From Amphiscolops sp. MND2022 (Eukaryota), in contig OZ076409.1 of NCBI GenBank assembly GCA_964187785.1, forward strand, positions 66,838,001-66,902,000: a stretch of DNA of 64,000 nt. Direction: 5' to 3'. The notes beneath the pieces were generated by a model. It was given only the letters and a program-made list of their open reading frames with translations. It was not told where the DNA came from and did no database searches. The translations under genes and the position numbers were made by a program. Below are positions 49,101-63,099 of this stretch, in pieces (position 1 is the first letter of the stretch; every line of letters starts with the position of its first letter).

Positions 49101-50432
49101 ACCGTGACATCAAAATACTAGTTTAAAGCTGCCCAAATCGCCAAGAAGCAGGTAAGTCAACGAAACCCATTTTAAAATCGATTTCGCAGGGCCCTTTAAA
49201 ATAGCAATAAGTTCCAAAAAGTACCCAATTGTATCAATCGATAGCAAAACCGGTTGGCAGGGTGCAAAAACTTTACGGGCGCCAACAACTCGTAAAGTAA
49301 TAGAATTTTTGCAAAGATACATTGCAGACAACGGATTTCCTGAACAATTTAGAACAAATCCAGGCACAGCATACAGCAGTAACAAATTCCGCCAGTTTTG
49401 CGATAAATACTTTATAAAACACATCAAATGCCCAGTAAATGACCGAAAGGTAATGTGAAAGTTGAACGGTTAATAACAAAATAAACGAACGAATGAGAGC
49501 CAATAAAAACATAATTTAGAAAAAGATAACACCAATTTATTAGAAATGCTACACGCACTACGGGGAGCAAGAGGGCCAAATAAACTTTGCCCAGCTGAAC
49601 TTCATAATAACAGAAAAAATTAATACTGTCAAAGATATCACTACTAAACCGAACAACAACTACACTGTTTTAGATAACGACAAAAACTTTCAACTGGAAA
49701 AAACAGACTTCCCAGGAGAACAGGATTCTGAAGTCCTGGTACGCGAACAGGCTAGAGGAACAAAACTCGATGGCCTGCCTATACAAGAAGACAATGGGCA
49801 CCATAACAAATGAAACAGCACACATGATAACAATTAACAACAAGAAGCGACTGCCGACCACATACAGCAAGCGCGATGTAGCAATTCCAAACGAGACACT
49901 AGCAACGGCGTTAACATGCAAGCAATTCTTGCGCAAACTCCAATTCAACCATTCACCAACGAGCAGACCAGAACCAATCAAAAACATAAAACCAAACAAA
50001 ACGGCCAAACCCACAAAAACAACAGGACCAAAGAAGAAGTCAAAAATTCCAAACGAATCCAAAAGATTGGCAAACTGGGAACAACTGGCACAAAACTCAA
50101 CCGACGAGGAGGAAGAGAAACAGAGACAAAAGGCGGCAGTCCAAGCTGCAGTAGTATGAGAAAAACCCACAAAAACAACCAGATTCAGATGAAGAAGAGA
50201 CAACTAGCCAGTTATCAGCAGAGCAACCAAAGAGGCACAGAAAAACACCCAACTACTTTGGAAACCCAGTGATGATCTGTGATATCGAGCAAAAACCAGA
50301 TGTCATCACCATGTCTTTGTCCACAGAAGAAAACTAGACAAAAGAAAAACCATATTCCCGGAAGCAACATCGAGAGCCACAATTATTTATGTTTAACCCA
50401 CTGCGCCCGAACGTCAAGAACCAAAAGGGGAG

Positions 50433-50713
50433 TGTGACAGGTCTCAATCAAAAAGAAAGAACACTAAAACAAGTAATTAACTTAACTTATGAGGGACATA
50501 AACATTGAAGCCAATTTGTACATTTAGTTCATTGCATATTTACAAATAATGTATTGGTAGAACTATTGAGTTCGGAGTTTGAGATTAGCTCAATCACCAC
50601 ATGGTCTAGATTCAATATAGTATTGCTTCCTGTCTTTGTATTCTGAAACACATTCACAGTGAAAGTTGAAATACAGCTTGAGTAATTACTTCACCGTACC
50701 AAACTCTAAAACA
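50433..50713 (+). repeat. LTR copy B of element 4
   Basis: Same sequence as copy A, offset 4564 bp. Confidence 0.92.
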
Positions 50714-52057
50714 TGGCGCTGCAAGCCGAACCACGCACCAGGTATTCAATTGCTGGATAACCCATCTACAGGCAAGATGCCACAAAACCCCCAGAATTAG
50801 AATGGGAAAACTAGATCGACGTATTCGAAGTAGCACTCAAGGCAAATACAATTTCGGTTGCCGAACTTACAAAAACTACAGGCAACAAAGACAAAAGTCT
50901 CATGGGAGATATGGAGGAGACAACATCAATGAAAAAAAGCCAACAGCGTACTGTACCTGGCACTAGGGATGGCGGCAAGAAAAACCATCTCAGATAAATT
51001 CCCAACAGCAAACATTGCATAAATCACCTTGGTGGATCTAATCAAAACGTGTAAATAAAGTTTCGAAAAGCCCAAAAACGAAACACTTGACCGATTCAAA
51101 TTCCTAAGCCGAAATAAAAAAAAAAAAGAGACACTAACGAACCCAACAGTCTGGCAGCAAGATGTAACTTTGGGAACGTCACTGAAAGCTTGGTAAAAGA
51201 TGTCTTCATCGTGAACATGAATACTAAAGATGTACAGCAGAAACTGTGCACAGAGCCCAAAGCCACCAATGCACACACAATTCAATTCGCAAAATCTTAT
51301 GAAGAAGGGGCACTGCGCCAACAATCATTTGATAAATTGGATGAACCAAGCATAAAGGCTGGATCAAACTAAATAAACAACATAAACACAGGAGTCAAAC
51401 CCACGGAGCCAACTAAAAAGGGTTTTCGATGCGAAGCCCCATGTAGTCCACAACACCTCAAGGAATGTAAAGCGATGGCCATCACGTGTATAAAATGGTG
51501 AAAAAAGGGCCACTTCGCGAAGTGCTGCCAAACGAAAGGCGCAGGAAACCTCGCGAAAAGTAGAATTGTTATCAAAGCACCAGCACAAAGATCCAAAGTA
51601 TAGACGAAAAGGAAGACAGGAGCTCGGGTTCAGTGGTAGAAAACGACAAAATCGTGCTAACAATTGACGGCGACGAAAACGGACAATTCTCCATGAGTGG
51701 AAAAATAAATGGAAAACCATTCAAGACATTGGTGGATTCGGGATCACCAGTCACAATATTCAAAATTGAAGAAATCAAACGAATTATGAAAAGAAAAACG
51801 CTGTTCATAAGACAGCTACCCGAAGATGAAGAATATATAGACTTCAATAGACCTCATGAGCGAAGCGAAGCGGAGCGACGTGTCATTTGGCCATGCCTCA
51901 ATATTGCTACTTGGCGAAGGTAGCGAAGCGACTGAGCCATTCAACATATATGTTACCTCTTCAATTGAAGCAAGTGCCATAGATATTGGCTGTAACAGCA
52001 CTGAAAGCTAGTTTTTCTCTTGTTTGAGACCTATTTTGCAAATCTGCTTAATTTAAT

Positions 52058-52180
52058 TTTGTACGAAATGTCTTGTGTCCGAAATGTCGGGTTTCATTTT
52101 TGTGCCGATTGTCCGTGTACGAAATGTCGGGTTTTTGGCTATTGTACGAAATGTCGTTTGTTCGAATTGTCGTGGTGCCT
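52058..52180. repeat. Cluster of GT(A/C)CGAAATGTC motifs, probable subterminal repeats of a DNA transposon end
   Basis: About six copies of GTACGAAATGTC-like units ending in GTGGTGCC; no partner end found in the window. Confidence 0.45.
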
Positions 52181-53507
52181 ATTGTTATGCTGCAAAACGT
52201 TCGAGAATCTTTGGTAAAACCTACATGAAAATTGTGTTTGCCCAATTTAGAAGAAACTGCTGCCGAATGAGCACTATAGAAACTAACTTGGTCCGCCCTT
52301 TTGATTCCCAATTGTCACTGATACATTCATGCTAAGTTTCACATCATTTATGAATTCAAAATTTCTACACGTGTTTCTAAAATCTTTACTACCGCTTTGT
52401 TGGCGTTTGTCGAGTGGAACCAAACAGTCTGTGCTAAAAGTTACTTCTACAGAAGATCATGACAACCCAGAACCTCTTTCTTGTGTTGCAACCCGAGGTG
52501 ATGAGGGCCGAAAAGTTGTAACCAAACCAACAAATAAAGTTCGTTAAGGACAAATATTTTGCCGGTTAGTAAAAATTATTCAATTAAAATTCGTACGTTC
52601 CGTAAGAAGAAGCTGGGTAAGCTTTTCTTAGTGTCGTTCGACGTATAATTGAGGTATCGTTCTGCATTCAAAAAAGAATTTAATTTTATTCTATGTCCAT
52701 AAAAGTGGTAATATTCATTATCCTGTGCCTACTTTTGCTTCATAAAGTCATGAATTTCTTTTGAAGGCATCTTGTTCTTCACTGTTTACGGCAAATGACG
52801 AGTGCACACTCCTTTCGACAAAAACTCCATCCAACTTAATAGCAAACCCACTAGCGGGCGAGTTTGTTTTTTATACTAAGTGTAACTTATCCAAGAATTC
52901 ATATTATTGAATTGTTTTATCATTGAATTGAATTGAATTGAATATCATCCAAGAATTGTTTTCATTTATTTTTCAGAACTGGTGATGACATTAATTGTCG
53001 AAAACGTTTTTCAACACTGATTGTTTTCTATTAATTATCCAAGAATTGTTTTCCAATCTGTTTTTGGAATAAAGACCTACGAAAAAAAAATGGAAAAAAC
53101 ATTATGTAGTTTGAACGAGAGATCAGAGAGATCAGCAAAAATTGAAGTATCTTTTCAGTTCGTGAACAGAGAAATTCACGTGAAGGAACTTCCAACAAAA
53201 CAATGAAATTTAACTTTTTGACATAGAGGAATTGTAATTACAGTATGCAAATCATAATTGAAGATTTGGATCGGGATCAACCATGTCTCTTACGTGCATC
53301 TGAAGGTCCCACATTTCAGTCCAAACACTGAGAATCAAAACGGTACTTTTGAAAGTTTTAGGTTTCATTGACTAAATGCGCTTTTCGTAGTGTTCACAGA
53401 CCGGAAAGCACACTACAGAGCGTCTTCAAACGAAACCTAATATGATTTATTTTCAGTCTATCCGCTTGAGGTTATTTGTGTGTCGCTCTACTTGACAGTA
53501 TTAGCAC

Positions 53508-54083
53508 TGTAGTGAGTACAATCCTCATCCTCGTCTCTAATGAGGCTTCGGGGGAACTCATCTCTGGAGCAACTTCTGAACTTGCGATTAGAGGTCCCTT
53601 CGGATCTGTATTCCGCTCACTCAGCGGGACATTCCACTCTTTACGGGGCACTTGTCCTTGTCCGGACTTCAGAGCAGTTTGGATCTGAGGCAAAACTTGC
53701 TCACTAATTGCTTCACTTATGGCCGTTTGGATTTGTTAACTTACACTACTCATCACATCATTCATCTCTTGAGTGATCCCCTGGTTCATATCCCCAGAGA
53801 GTCTTTTGATTTCACTGTTTGAATCAACTTCCCTCGAGTTTTGACCGTTTCCGGTAAAACCCCTAATTTCCTTCTCCCTAGAGTTAGAGTGAGAGTTCGA
53901 GTCATGATTAGATAAGGCATTGTCACTAGGGGTTTCCGGTAATCGTACCGAGTTACAAAGCTCGCTTTTCTGTCTTTCAAAGTGGTTGCTACCTAGCATT
54001 ATATCAATGTTTTCTATGTGTGATAGAATATCAGCTTCTCTAGATTTTCTAGCCTTGCTCTTTTGTTTTCTTGTAGTAGGCAT
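53508..54083 (-). pseudogene. Disrupted ORF inside the solo LTR (MPTTRKQKSKARKSRE... coiled-coil-like)
   Basis: ORFs 53736-54092 and 53472-53693 are in one frame separated by a single TAA; the frame runs to and across the LTR boundary. Confidence 0.65.
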
Positions 54084-55246
54084 GACCAACATCCGATTAT
54101 GAATCTCTAACTGGTTCTATCGGAAAAACAATTTTGAGCCACTATGAACGGTAATAAGGTTCTGCGCAGTTGTGTCAGCTTCGGGGAGTAAGGGCTATAT
54201 ATACTCTCATTAGCATGACACTCTCATGTTTTACAATTTTCAACATGTTTAAAAAACAATATTTCGGACATATTTACTAAGTAGTTAATGTGATCAACGT
54301 CAACAATTCTTGATATAGCGCCAACATTATCTTTATCAAAGTACTAAGGGAATTCAGTTGAGCAGCATTTTCAGAAAATTAGGTCAACTGACCATATTTA
54401 AATAACAGCTTCAAACCAACAACTACCACTGAAATTATTCAAAATATGTGATAACGCACTTGGACCTTTGTCTAAACACGCACTGCAAAAGGTCATAGGG
54501 AACATCAGGTATTAAAAATGCATGTTGATATAGCAATGACAAAGTAGCCTTACTAAGCTATTAAACTGGTGGCTAACATAATTTGTTTGTCGGGTTAGGC
54601 CCAGAGACTGGTACAAATGGCTATTACTACAGCTAGCAACAAACACTCTAAATAGTACTGATAATCCTCAAAAACAGATTATCTAGGCATCATAATACCA
54701 CCTAAGCATTCAACTAATTACTATCAAAGTACTCGTAGCGCCTTGAATACTTGTCATTTTTTTCAGCCGGAACCGGCCATTTGCCCTTTTGCTATTGCTG
54801 CACAGTGAGCTTCTAGTCAAATGGCCGTAATCAGGGAAGAGCTATACTGCACTGTGAAAATGGAGAGCTATGATTGGTTAATGAGAGGCCAGTAAGTATC
54901 GCTGCCGTAAAAGTACGGGGCTCATTTGAACTCGTTTCCGTACTTCTACGCAGTGTTATACACTCGGTTAGCTCACTTCATTCATTTTTCATCGATAATT
55001 TGCTACATTTAGTGAATCGGATTTTTGACCTGAATATTTCAGGCCGTAATATTTACCAGACTAATATCAAATCCAAATTTAATGCAATTATCAAATACAA
55101 TAATCCATATCATTTTAAAACAAGCTAAATTGTATTATTTGCGTAAAAATTTTAGTTTTAATTGATCGGGAGACTTCCCGGTGCGATTTGTTGTTCGTAC
55201 GTAGAGGTCGTGTTTTTGATCCCGTCACAGGCGGCAACCGGCGACA
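53508..55246 (-). mobile_element. Long solo LTR (1739 bp) containing an internal ORF remnant
   Basis: Termini TGT...ACA with a perfect 5-bp TSD AGCAC (53503-53507, 55247-55251). TATA-like TATATATA at ~54196-54203 lies upstream of a minus-strand ORF. Confidence 0.75.
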
Positions 55247-57686
55247 AGCACCGTATGTATTTTTTATCGTATCAGCGTTTTGTGGGTGCTATGCTTATGA
55301 TTTATTTGCCCAATGTCAATTCACATTTTCAAAGTGTTTCGTTTTTTACTAGACCAACAAAACTATTTTGCGTTTTCAAATTTTCCTGTTGAAACTCTTT
55401 GTCAAACCTTCAGTGAGCTGAAACTTCACTTATCGCAAGATATTAAAGAAAACATTAGTGAAATTAAAACACACAACCAATTTTCATTTGAGAAAAAATT
55501 AAAAACAATGCGCTCGCTAAGCACCAGGATATTTTCCGCCACACTGGTTTTGCAGAAAAAGTATATCGAAAGCGAGGTTCGAAAGCCCGATACACTGCTC
55601 AAATAATCAAACAAGCTGGGAGTGGCCCAAACCGGAACTCCGCTCAAGGCTCGAAAAGAGCCAAACGTTTGAAATATTCGGGGATGGGGTTGGAAGATAT
55701 ACAGAGGGGTACCCATCATAAAATTCCGAATATTGAAGAAAAATAATCCGTCATTTCTGACAAACTTTCTTACAATCTCTTAGTGCTGAAATACCCAAAA
55801 ATTCCCTCTAAAATTGCAAAACACGTTTCCTGAGTCAAAATATTTAGGAAATAAAGGAAAACTCTAAGGACAAATGAAATTTTTTCTCAAAATAAAGTCA
55901 CACCGTGCCAATAAAGTCGTGGGTTTTTCTGCTGGTACTGAAAAAACTCTCACGAACAATAACGAAAGATGTCACCCTAAAGGGTAGGATAAGGTTTTCC
56001 TCAACATAAAACTTCAAAACAGCAAAGATTGAGAGAAAAATTCAAAACTATTTTTTGGATATATTTTTTTCGGAAAGATGTCTTGGACAAGTCGCATAGT
56101 GCCGAAACAATCTAAGGTTGCCCTGAAACCTCGCAAAACGCTTTGTTTCTTCTAAAAATTGAAGGAGGGCTTCTGAATAATACCAGAAAAAAATCAAATG
56201 ACGCTGAAAAAACTCACTGGGTCCTTTGGTTTTTCCTGTAACTTTGCAAGAATTAAAATAAGTACCAATTTTTGTACCGGCATTAAAAGTACCAAAAAAA
56301 CCCAATGAAATGGCCCGTTTGAGCCTAAAGGGCTTTTTTCATCAAAAATATCAAATACTTCACACACAACGTCAAAATTCAGATACAGCAAAATATTTTC
56401 CAACCTTTGCTTCCTCTTTAGTAAAACGCAATTTACTTCGGCTATAACGTAATTTCGAATAACCTGGCGTGAACAAATGGAGCAATTTTTATCGAACCTC
56501 CGCCTTCTCTATGGTAAAACGCAATGTAGAATATAACGCCAAAAATTGGGATATGGCGTGCTTACCAGGTGTATCTTTTCCCTCCTGCGTGAACCGAGCA
56601 GCTTGCAATTACAAATAGTTACTAAATGGATTGTATGACTGAGTGGATTTTTGGCAGAATTTGGAAGAAACGCAACACAGATGTTTCCTCCCTCTACACA
56701 AATAAATTTGTGAGGGCAGAAACTAACATCAATTTCACGATTCTATCAAAAGAAGCTTATCTGGTATCATCCCAACATGGGATCTGAAAAATAGGGAATG
56801 GTAAAATGTAAAAATTCGAAATTTGTTGATATGTACTTTGTAAAAAAGAGAAATTGTTGTCCAGTGATTAAACTAGATTATTGGAAGAACTAATTTTGGT
56901 CCATTTAATCAATTTTGATCGAAATTGGCAGTTTTTGATCTAATTGATTCTAATTTGATCCTTTTCATCACTTCAAATTTCTTCGGTATTTGAAATCGTT
57001 TGAAAGAATATTTTTTGAGAGAAAAGACCCAAAACGTACACAACAATTGCTCAAGAAAACCCATGAATACACAAAACTACAATTTTCTTCAACTGTTGAA
57101 TGGAAGTTTTGAAAAATTCTGAACATTTTTCACAGCAACAGCATCCAGAATTCAAAGGCAAAACACATGTGATCTTTTTACAATGGAAGTTTTCGTGTAC
57201 AGAACCAAAACTCCTTCAAAAAATGCATTAATTTTGAATTGTTCGAAAATGCAAGAAGTTCTCCACTTTTGATTTTTCAACGCAAACTTTTCTAAAAAAT
57301 CTCAAAGGTTTTGTCGGCTTGACAATCCACTAGAACTAGTTCCTGATAATTCAAACCGAGAAACTTCAGTGACAAAACATTTAGGTAAGTGACATATTTA
57401 AATAAGAAACTCACCCCAAAATGTGAAGAAATGGAAAAAAATTGTTGTTTCAAGGTGTTTTTCTCCAATTTGAGGATGTTTTTGTTGGTATGAATAATCA
57501 CTCCGTTCAATTACAAAACATTTAGATATTAAACTTACTTTTCATAATGGAATCGTAATTTTTGGTCGTCGTTTTTACGATACCTGTGATTCTTTCTTAT
57601 TACAAGAGAACTGGCGGATTTCTAAGAGCATTTCTAGAATCTTCCATAATCTTGCTGCCAGTAGGCCTAGACGTTATTTCGGTGGC

Positions 57687-60600
57687 AAAGTTGAAGAATG
57701 AAAACAATTGTTGTGAAAAAGTTGAATTGGTAATCAACTGCTTTTCACGAACAGACCATATGGTGAAAAATCTATTCTTTTCTTTTCTTAAGCTCGATTG
57801 TTGTTTGTCAACAACCTATACTTTTTAGTGAGATTGAGTGATTACATTGCTACCGCTCAGCCACACCTCCCACAATAATTGAAAACTATCTAGTAGTTGT
57901 AAATGCTCCTGCTTTAATATGTAATTTACAACAGGCTAAATTACATAATGGTTTGTAGTATTCATTCAACGTCTCGATAACTATGGTGAGTTACGTTCAC
58001 CGTTTTAAATGCCAAATGTTTGACTGTTAGGAATTTTGGCAGCTATTTGGTTCCTGGGCGTTCCTCCAGTTTTGGCATTTCCTCACCTTCTTCTTCCTCT
58101 CCCATTTCTGGTGGCAACTTCTGTTTTTCTGTCTCACTTGATGATACCTGTGTCACCATGATGTTGTTCCTGTAAACAATTGGTTTGTCGCGCTGTCTCT
58201 CTCCTCGTCTGGTTTTTTGTTCTGTTGTCTGCTGTTCTTGTCTTCTTTGGTCTGATCTGATTTTGGCCCTCTCGCCTTGACTTCTATTGGTTGTTCGGCT
58301 TTTGCTCTTTCTGAACTTGTTTCTGGTTCTCGATTCACTTCTTCGTCATCCGTCGCTGACTGCGTTGTTAGTTCCCGTTGTGCCGCTTCTTTCAAAAACC
58401 TTTTTCTCTGTTTTTCTCTCAGTTGTCGTTTTTGACGTATAACCTGTTTCAGGTATTTTATGGCTGGCTCTCGCCTAACTGGCTTGTGGCTTTCTTCTGC
58501 GGTTTCATTGACTGCTTTTTGCGCTTCAGCTAGCGATGGTAGCTGTTCTTCGCTCGTTAGTGGCTGCTTGCTCTCAGTTGCCACTTCAGAATAGCTTGAA
58601 TGCTGGTCTCTTATTCAATTTTTTGACGGGGGCTGCCATTTGAGCAACACGGCTGGTTCGCGGCATTCCACCTATTGCCTCGTTTTGAGATAATTATTGA
58701 TTGTGCTCGGTCCGTTTGTAGAGAAGTGATGGTGTGATTATAGTTTTCATGTTCGTTTTCTGTATGCCCCTTCTTGCTTTAATCCCCATGCTTGTTCTCT
58801 CACCAAGATCATTGAACACCCAAATTCAAAATCTTTGTCGTTTAGCTCGAAAACTCGCATTTCTGACATGAAGTGATCTCGATTAGTTACAATTCTGTTT
58901 AATGTATTTGGTTCCTGTCCCGTATAACGTTGGTATGGGATTTTCTATTGGCTGACGGATTCATTCGCAATGCGAACAGGATCTCTGACAGGCCTGATCC
59001 ATCCCTCTTTACTATTATTTCTTGGCTAGTTCTTAGCCTTCCTTTGATCGTCGGATCAACCTTCATATTTTATCGTTACACTTTTAGTCTCTTATCGAGC
59101 ATTCAAAATGGTTTAAAAAACGTTTTTTTTGCCATTTTCTTCGGATTTTGTGCTTCTGAATATTGTTACTGGGTCCATTTTTGTTTTTTCTGGAAATCCG
59201 TGCCTTGTTTTGTATAGCTTGAAAAAATTAGATGACTTTTTCAGTATTTGGTTTACGCAAGATTTTTGCCTCCGCCACACTGTATAGATGTCGATTGATA
59301 GTAACAAAAGTTTTCTAGCTCATATGGCGTTTGGCAAAATCAATTTTTGCATTTTGGCAAAATGGCACAGTATAATCGATAGCCCTTTTTTGATTGGTGT
59401 CCGTGCTTTTTTGTAACTGTCTTAGTTGGCTTTGTCGAAGTTTAGGCTGATTGTTCTTCCAGGCTGTTTTAAACTGTTGGAACGTTTTTGCTATTCCGAC
59501 GACCTGCCGTTGTAGTCGGGGCCACCACGCAGTTGCGACCGTCGCCAGCATGTTCTATGAAAATTGGGCCTAATGCTTTCGGTATGACAAGGCGGCGTTC
59601 GTCCATATAGAGATATTGATTTGAATCCAAGCCAATGCACCTGATTTTTTCTCGCCACAGAGCCGATAATCAGCTACTTTTCGTCGAGTCAAGTTTCTTC
59701 ACCAAGTGATTTTTTATTGAATTCGTCCGATTGTAAGTGCGCCGCAAACGTTCAATATCGAGATATTGTAAAATCTCCACCTGATTATTTGAAAAAGTGC
59801 TATTTTCAATGGTGGTTTACCCAAAATATTGAGTGTGCTTGTTTCGCACATTTCTCTTTCTGAAGTGCTGTTTATAATATAGTATAGCGATGCTATTCGA
59901 CTCGTTAGTTGCTGCAATGATGCTCTTTATCACTTGCTTTTCAGTTTTACTTAGCGCGCTCTAATCTGCCGCTCCACGGTTATCCGTAAGTTCACTCTAT
60001 TTGGAAATCTCTTCTGGCTAATTACCCATTCTGCGTCTATTTGGTTCATATAAACCAAATTTTTGATTTTTTACATCTGATTACCTTTGTACAATATTTG
60101 TTTCACAATTCTTCCGCTTATACCTGGTTGGCTTTATTACTTGGCGATGGGTGCCGTGAAAAGTGGTCCGCCATTCGTAAGGGTAAAGCATTTGCGTGTG
60201 TTACAGTAAATTGAAACGGATGTTGCCTATCGATCCAGCGCGTCAACCTACTCGAATACGTCTTTTTTGCTCTATTTCCTTTTGGAATTCCAGTTAATGC
60301 TTTGTGATCTGACACGACCTCCAATTGTGTACCATGTACAAAATTTCTAAAATTCTCAAAAGCCCACACAACGACATAATGTTCCAATTCATTTTTTGAA
60401 CACTTCTGTTTAAAGCGTGTCAAGAATCTAGATGCGAAATGGGTAGCCTGCCAACCTTCTTCTGCTAGCTGCTCCAACACCGCCAGCAGTCCTTCTCTGC
60501 TGGCATTGCATGTAATCCTCATAGGTTGGTTCTTCTTGAAATTTTTAGTTTGTGTATTTTTTTGCAATTCTTTCTTCATCGCTTGAAATGTGTTTTCTTT

Positions 60601-62740
60601 TTCATCACCTCATTTCCATTTATGATTTACGAAGTAGTGCACTTAGTAGTGCACTTAGCTCAGTCAAATTCGGAAGGAATCTGTTCATATAAATCAATGC
60701 TCCCATCAGTGAACGAAGCTCCTTTAGATTTTGTGGTCCGATTAGGTCCCAGCATGCTTGGATTGTTTCGTTGCCTGGCAACACTCCACTTTGTGATAGT
60801 TTGTATCACCACCACAACTCTGTTTTGGTTTGGGCGCTTCGGCTCTTTTCTAAATTCAATCGTATCTCGGCTTCGTCTATCACTTTCATGACTCTTCCAC
60901 CTTCGCCCATGTGTTGTTCCTTTTGTCACGGAGAGTATGTCGTCTTTAAATGCAAATGTATTACTCGTTTTATAAAATTTTTTGTCCATAATCTTTTGGA
61001 ACTCTTGTGGTAATATTGTGAGTCAGTAAAATTTTGTGTAGAACGTGTACTTGTGTAGCTGGACCTCCAAAAGTCTGAAAATTGGGAAAAATAGGAAAAA
61101 ATAGGAAAAATAGTCTGAAAATAGGAAAATTCCGGAAAAAATTTCCGGATCGCGTTCAGTTTGCCCGTACGAGTACAAGATGTCCAAGGATGTGAATTTT
61201 ACTTCTCACTCAGTTTCTGTAATGACGATTTCCGCACTTTGCATTCCTCCATCAGGTTGACAAAGGTCAGCATCTGAAATTTACCCTTTGAAAGGGCATC
61301 ATTCAGTGATCTGGCATCCAACACGATGTTGATGGTTTCGTTTTTCCCGACTGTGATGACCACTGACAGTATAAAAACTTCGTCGTTGAACTCTTCGATC
61401 GGTCTCATGTCTCCTTTTCCAGTAAATTGTCTATTTCCACTTCCACTGCTTCTTGAAGATGCAGCGGTGTTCTTCACTTTTTCTGCTGGGTGATCTTTGC
61501 ATCCTTTTATATTCACATTTTGTTTTACACTATTTCATAATTCGTTGCTAAATAACTGGAATAATTTGTTTCAAATGTTCAGAATCATGATGTTCAGAAA
61601 TGTTTTGAATGATGTTGGTATACTGACTATTCCCGTTTGCTTCTTCCACTCTGAAGTTAAGTTGGTTAAGCCGGTCTCGTCTAATGAGTGATCGTTTCTC
61701 ATCTCTCATGTTGACAATTCGGGCATTTTTGTTGTTTCTTTTTCCCACTTTCACATCCATTGTTGTGAACCCCAAACCCCATTATGTTGAGTGGTTTATT
61801 GTTGTAATCCTCGTACTGTACTTGCTTCGGCGTCGGTCTTGCAAACCTTACGTCTAACCTCAACAGTTTTTTTTTCAAATTTGGTTGAGTTATTTTTGGA
61901 GTTGGTGAACTCGACTCGATCATTGCTGAGAAGCGTTGTGTGTTTCTTTCTTTCCAATAGGAACCGTTGGTTTCCGCCACCACCAACGTGCAGCACCATG
62001 TTGTCTTCATCTTGTTTTGTGCTTTTTTTGATTGGTTGTCGTCTTGTTCAATCAGTTTGATTCGCCGCTTTCCAGCTCTTCCTGCGAATCTGCCTCTTCC
62101 TCGCATATTGCTAGTTTTTGGTCTCTTGCGCGTTCGTGCTAATGGGTCAATCGTCGCACAGTAACTGCATTTTTCGTTCTTTAGTACGCATATTGCCAGA
62201 TGGTGTTGCGTAAAATTCAGTCCACATCTAGTACATGGACTTTTGCGTTCATTGATCGCACACAATGATTCGTTTTTAATTTGCTTCACTCCTCCTTCGA
62301 ATGTTTATGCTGGCACATTCCTTCTTCATATGCCACCGCGAACCTAAACGCCTCTTGTGGGTTGTCCTCGCGTTGTGTGCATACCTTTTCTTGCTTTCTC
62401 TTTTTGTTCATGTTTTGAATGAGCATATCCATGATCACACTATCTGTTTTATCCCCGAAATTGCTTTTTGATGCTAAGCCAGTTTAGGACAAGGTAGTAG
62501 TACAGTCCGAAGTACTTCAATCACTGAGATTGAATACTTGGCCTTGGCAGTAACCTTGAAGAGAATCCACCATTTCTCCCATTCTGTTTTTAGGTGCTCT
62601 GTATACCGAATCCCAAAAGGTTGGCAATCCCGTCAGAGTCGACGCTCCCCCCGGAGATAGCAACTCCACGCTGGATGACAAATCTCGCAGCACCATGTTA
62701 TGAAGAGTGAAAACAATTGTAGTGATAACGTTGAAATTTT
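57687..62740 (-). mobile_element. Heavily decayed Mag-like Gypsy element 5
   Basis: PBS TGGTGCTGCGAG (minus, ~62684-62695). Knuckles CTRC..H..C / CSYC (61699-62289), RT remnants (VLDARSLN, FKDDIL), RNase H (60118-60579), integrase remnants (~59000-59550). 3' LTR ~57687-57865 with PPT GGGAGG; its end resembles 62696-62740. Confidence 0.85.
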
Positions 62741-63099
62741 AATCTTTTTTCCGAAACTTGGGTTTTTGGTTACAATGAGGAAAAAGCTGTTTTCGAATCC
62801 TATGGATAAAAAATTTCACAATAGTGCCCATTTGCGTATTGGAAGGACTTTGGTCTTCAACATTGAGCGGGGTGCCAATTTGGGTCAATTCTGCTTATTT
62901 TTAATTTTTCTTGTATATTGAATTGCTTTAGTAACCGTAATTATGATATTCATTACCATATCAATTTTTTGTTTGGTTAACCTCTTTGGTTAACCAACTT
63001 TGATTGTCTGCTCCAAGTCTTTAGCTAGTTTGCTAAATTATAGTTGCAGTGATGTTGCGCAATATTGAAACGAAGAGAACGAGTATTAAGTATTCGTAC

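Larger units (their letters stand above)
45762..51849 (+). mobile_element. Decayed Mag-like Gypsy element 4 in tandem arrangement (3' tail-LTR-internal-LTR-truncated internal)
   Basis: 281-bp LTRs at 45869-46149 and 50433-50713, each preceded by PPT AAAGGGGAG and followed by PBS TGGCGCTGCAAG. Protease (LVDSGSP, 47070-47369), RT (47708-48634, LLDD, ICDASKSG) and integrase remnants ~49100-49600. 45762-47286 is duplicated at ~50326-51849. Confidence 0.92.
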
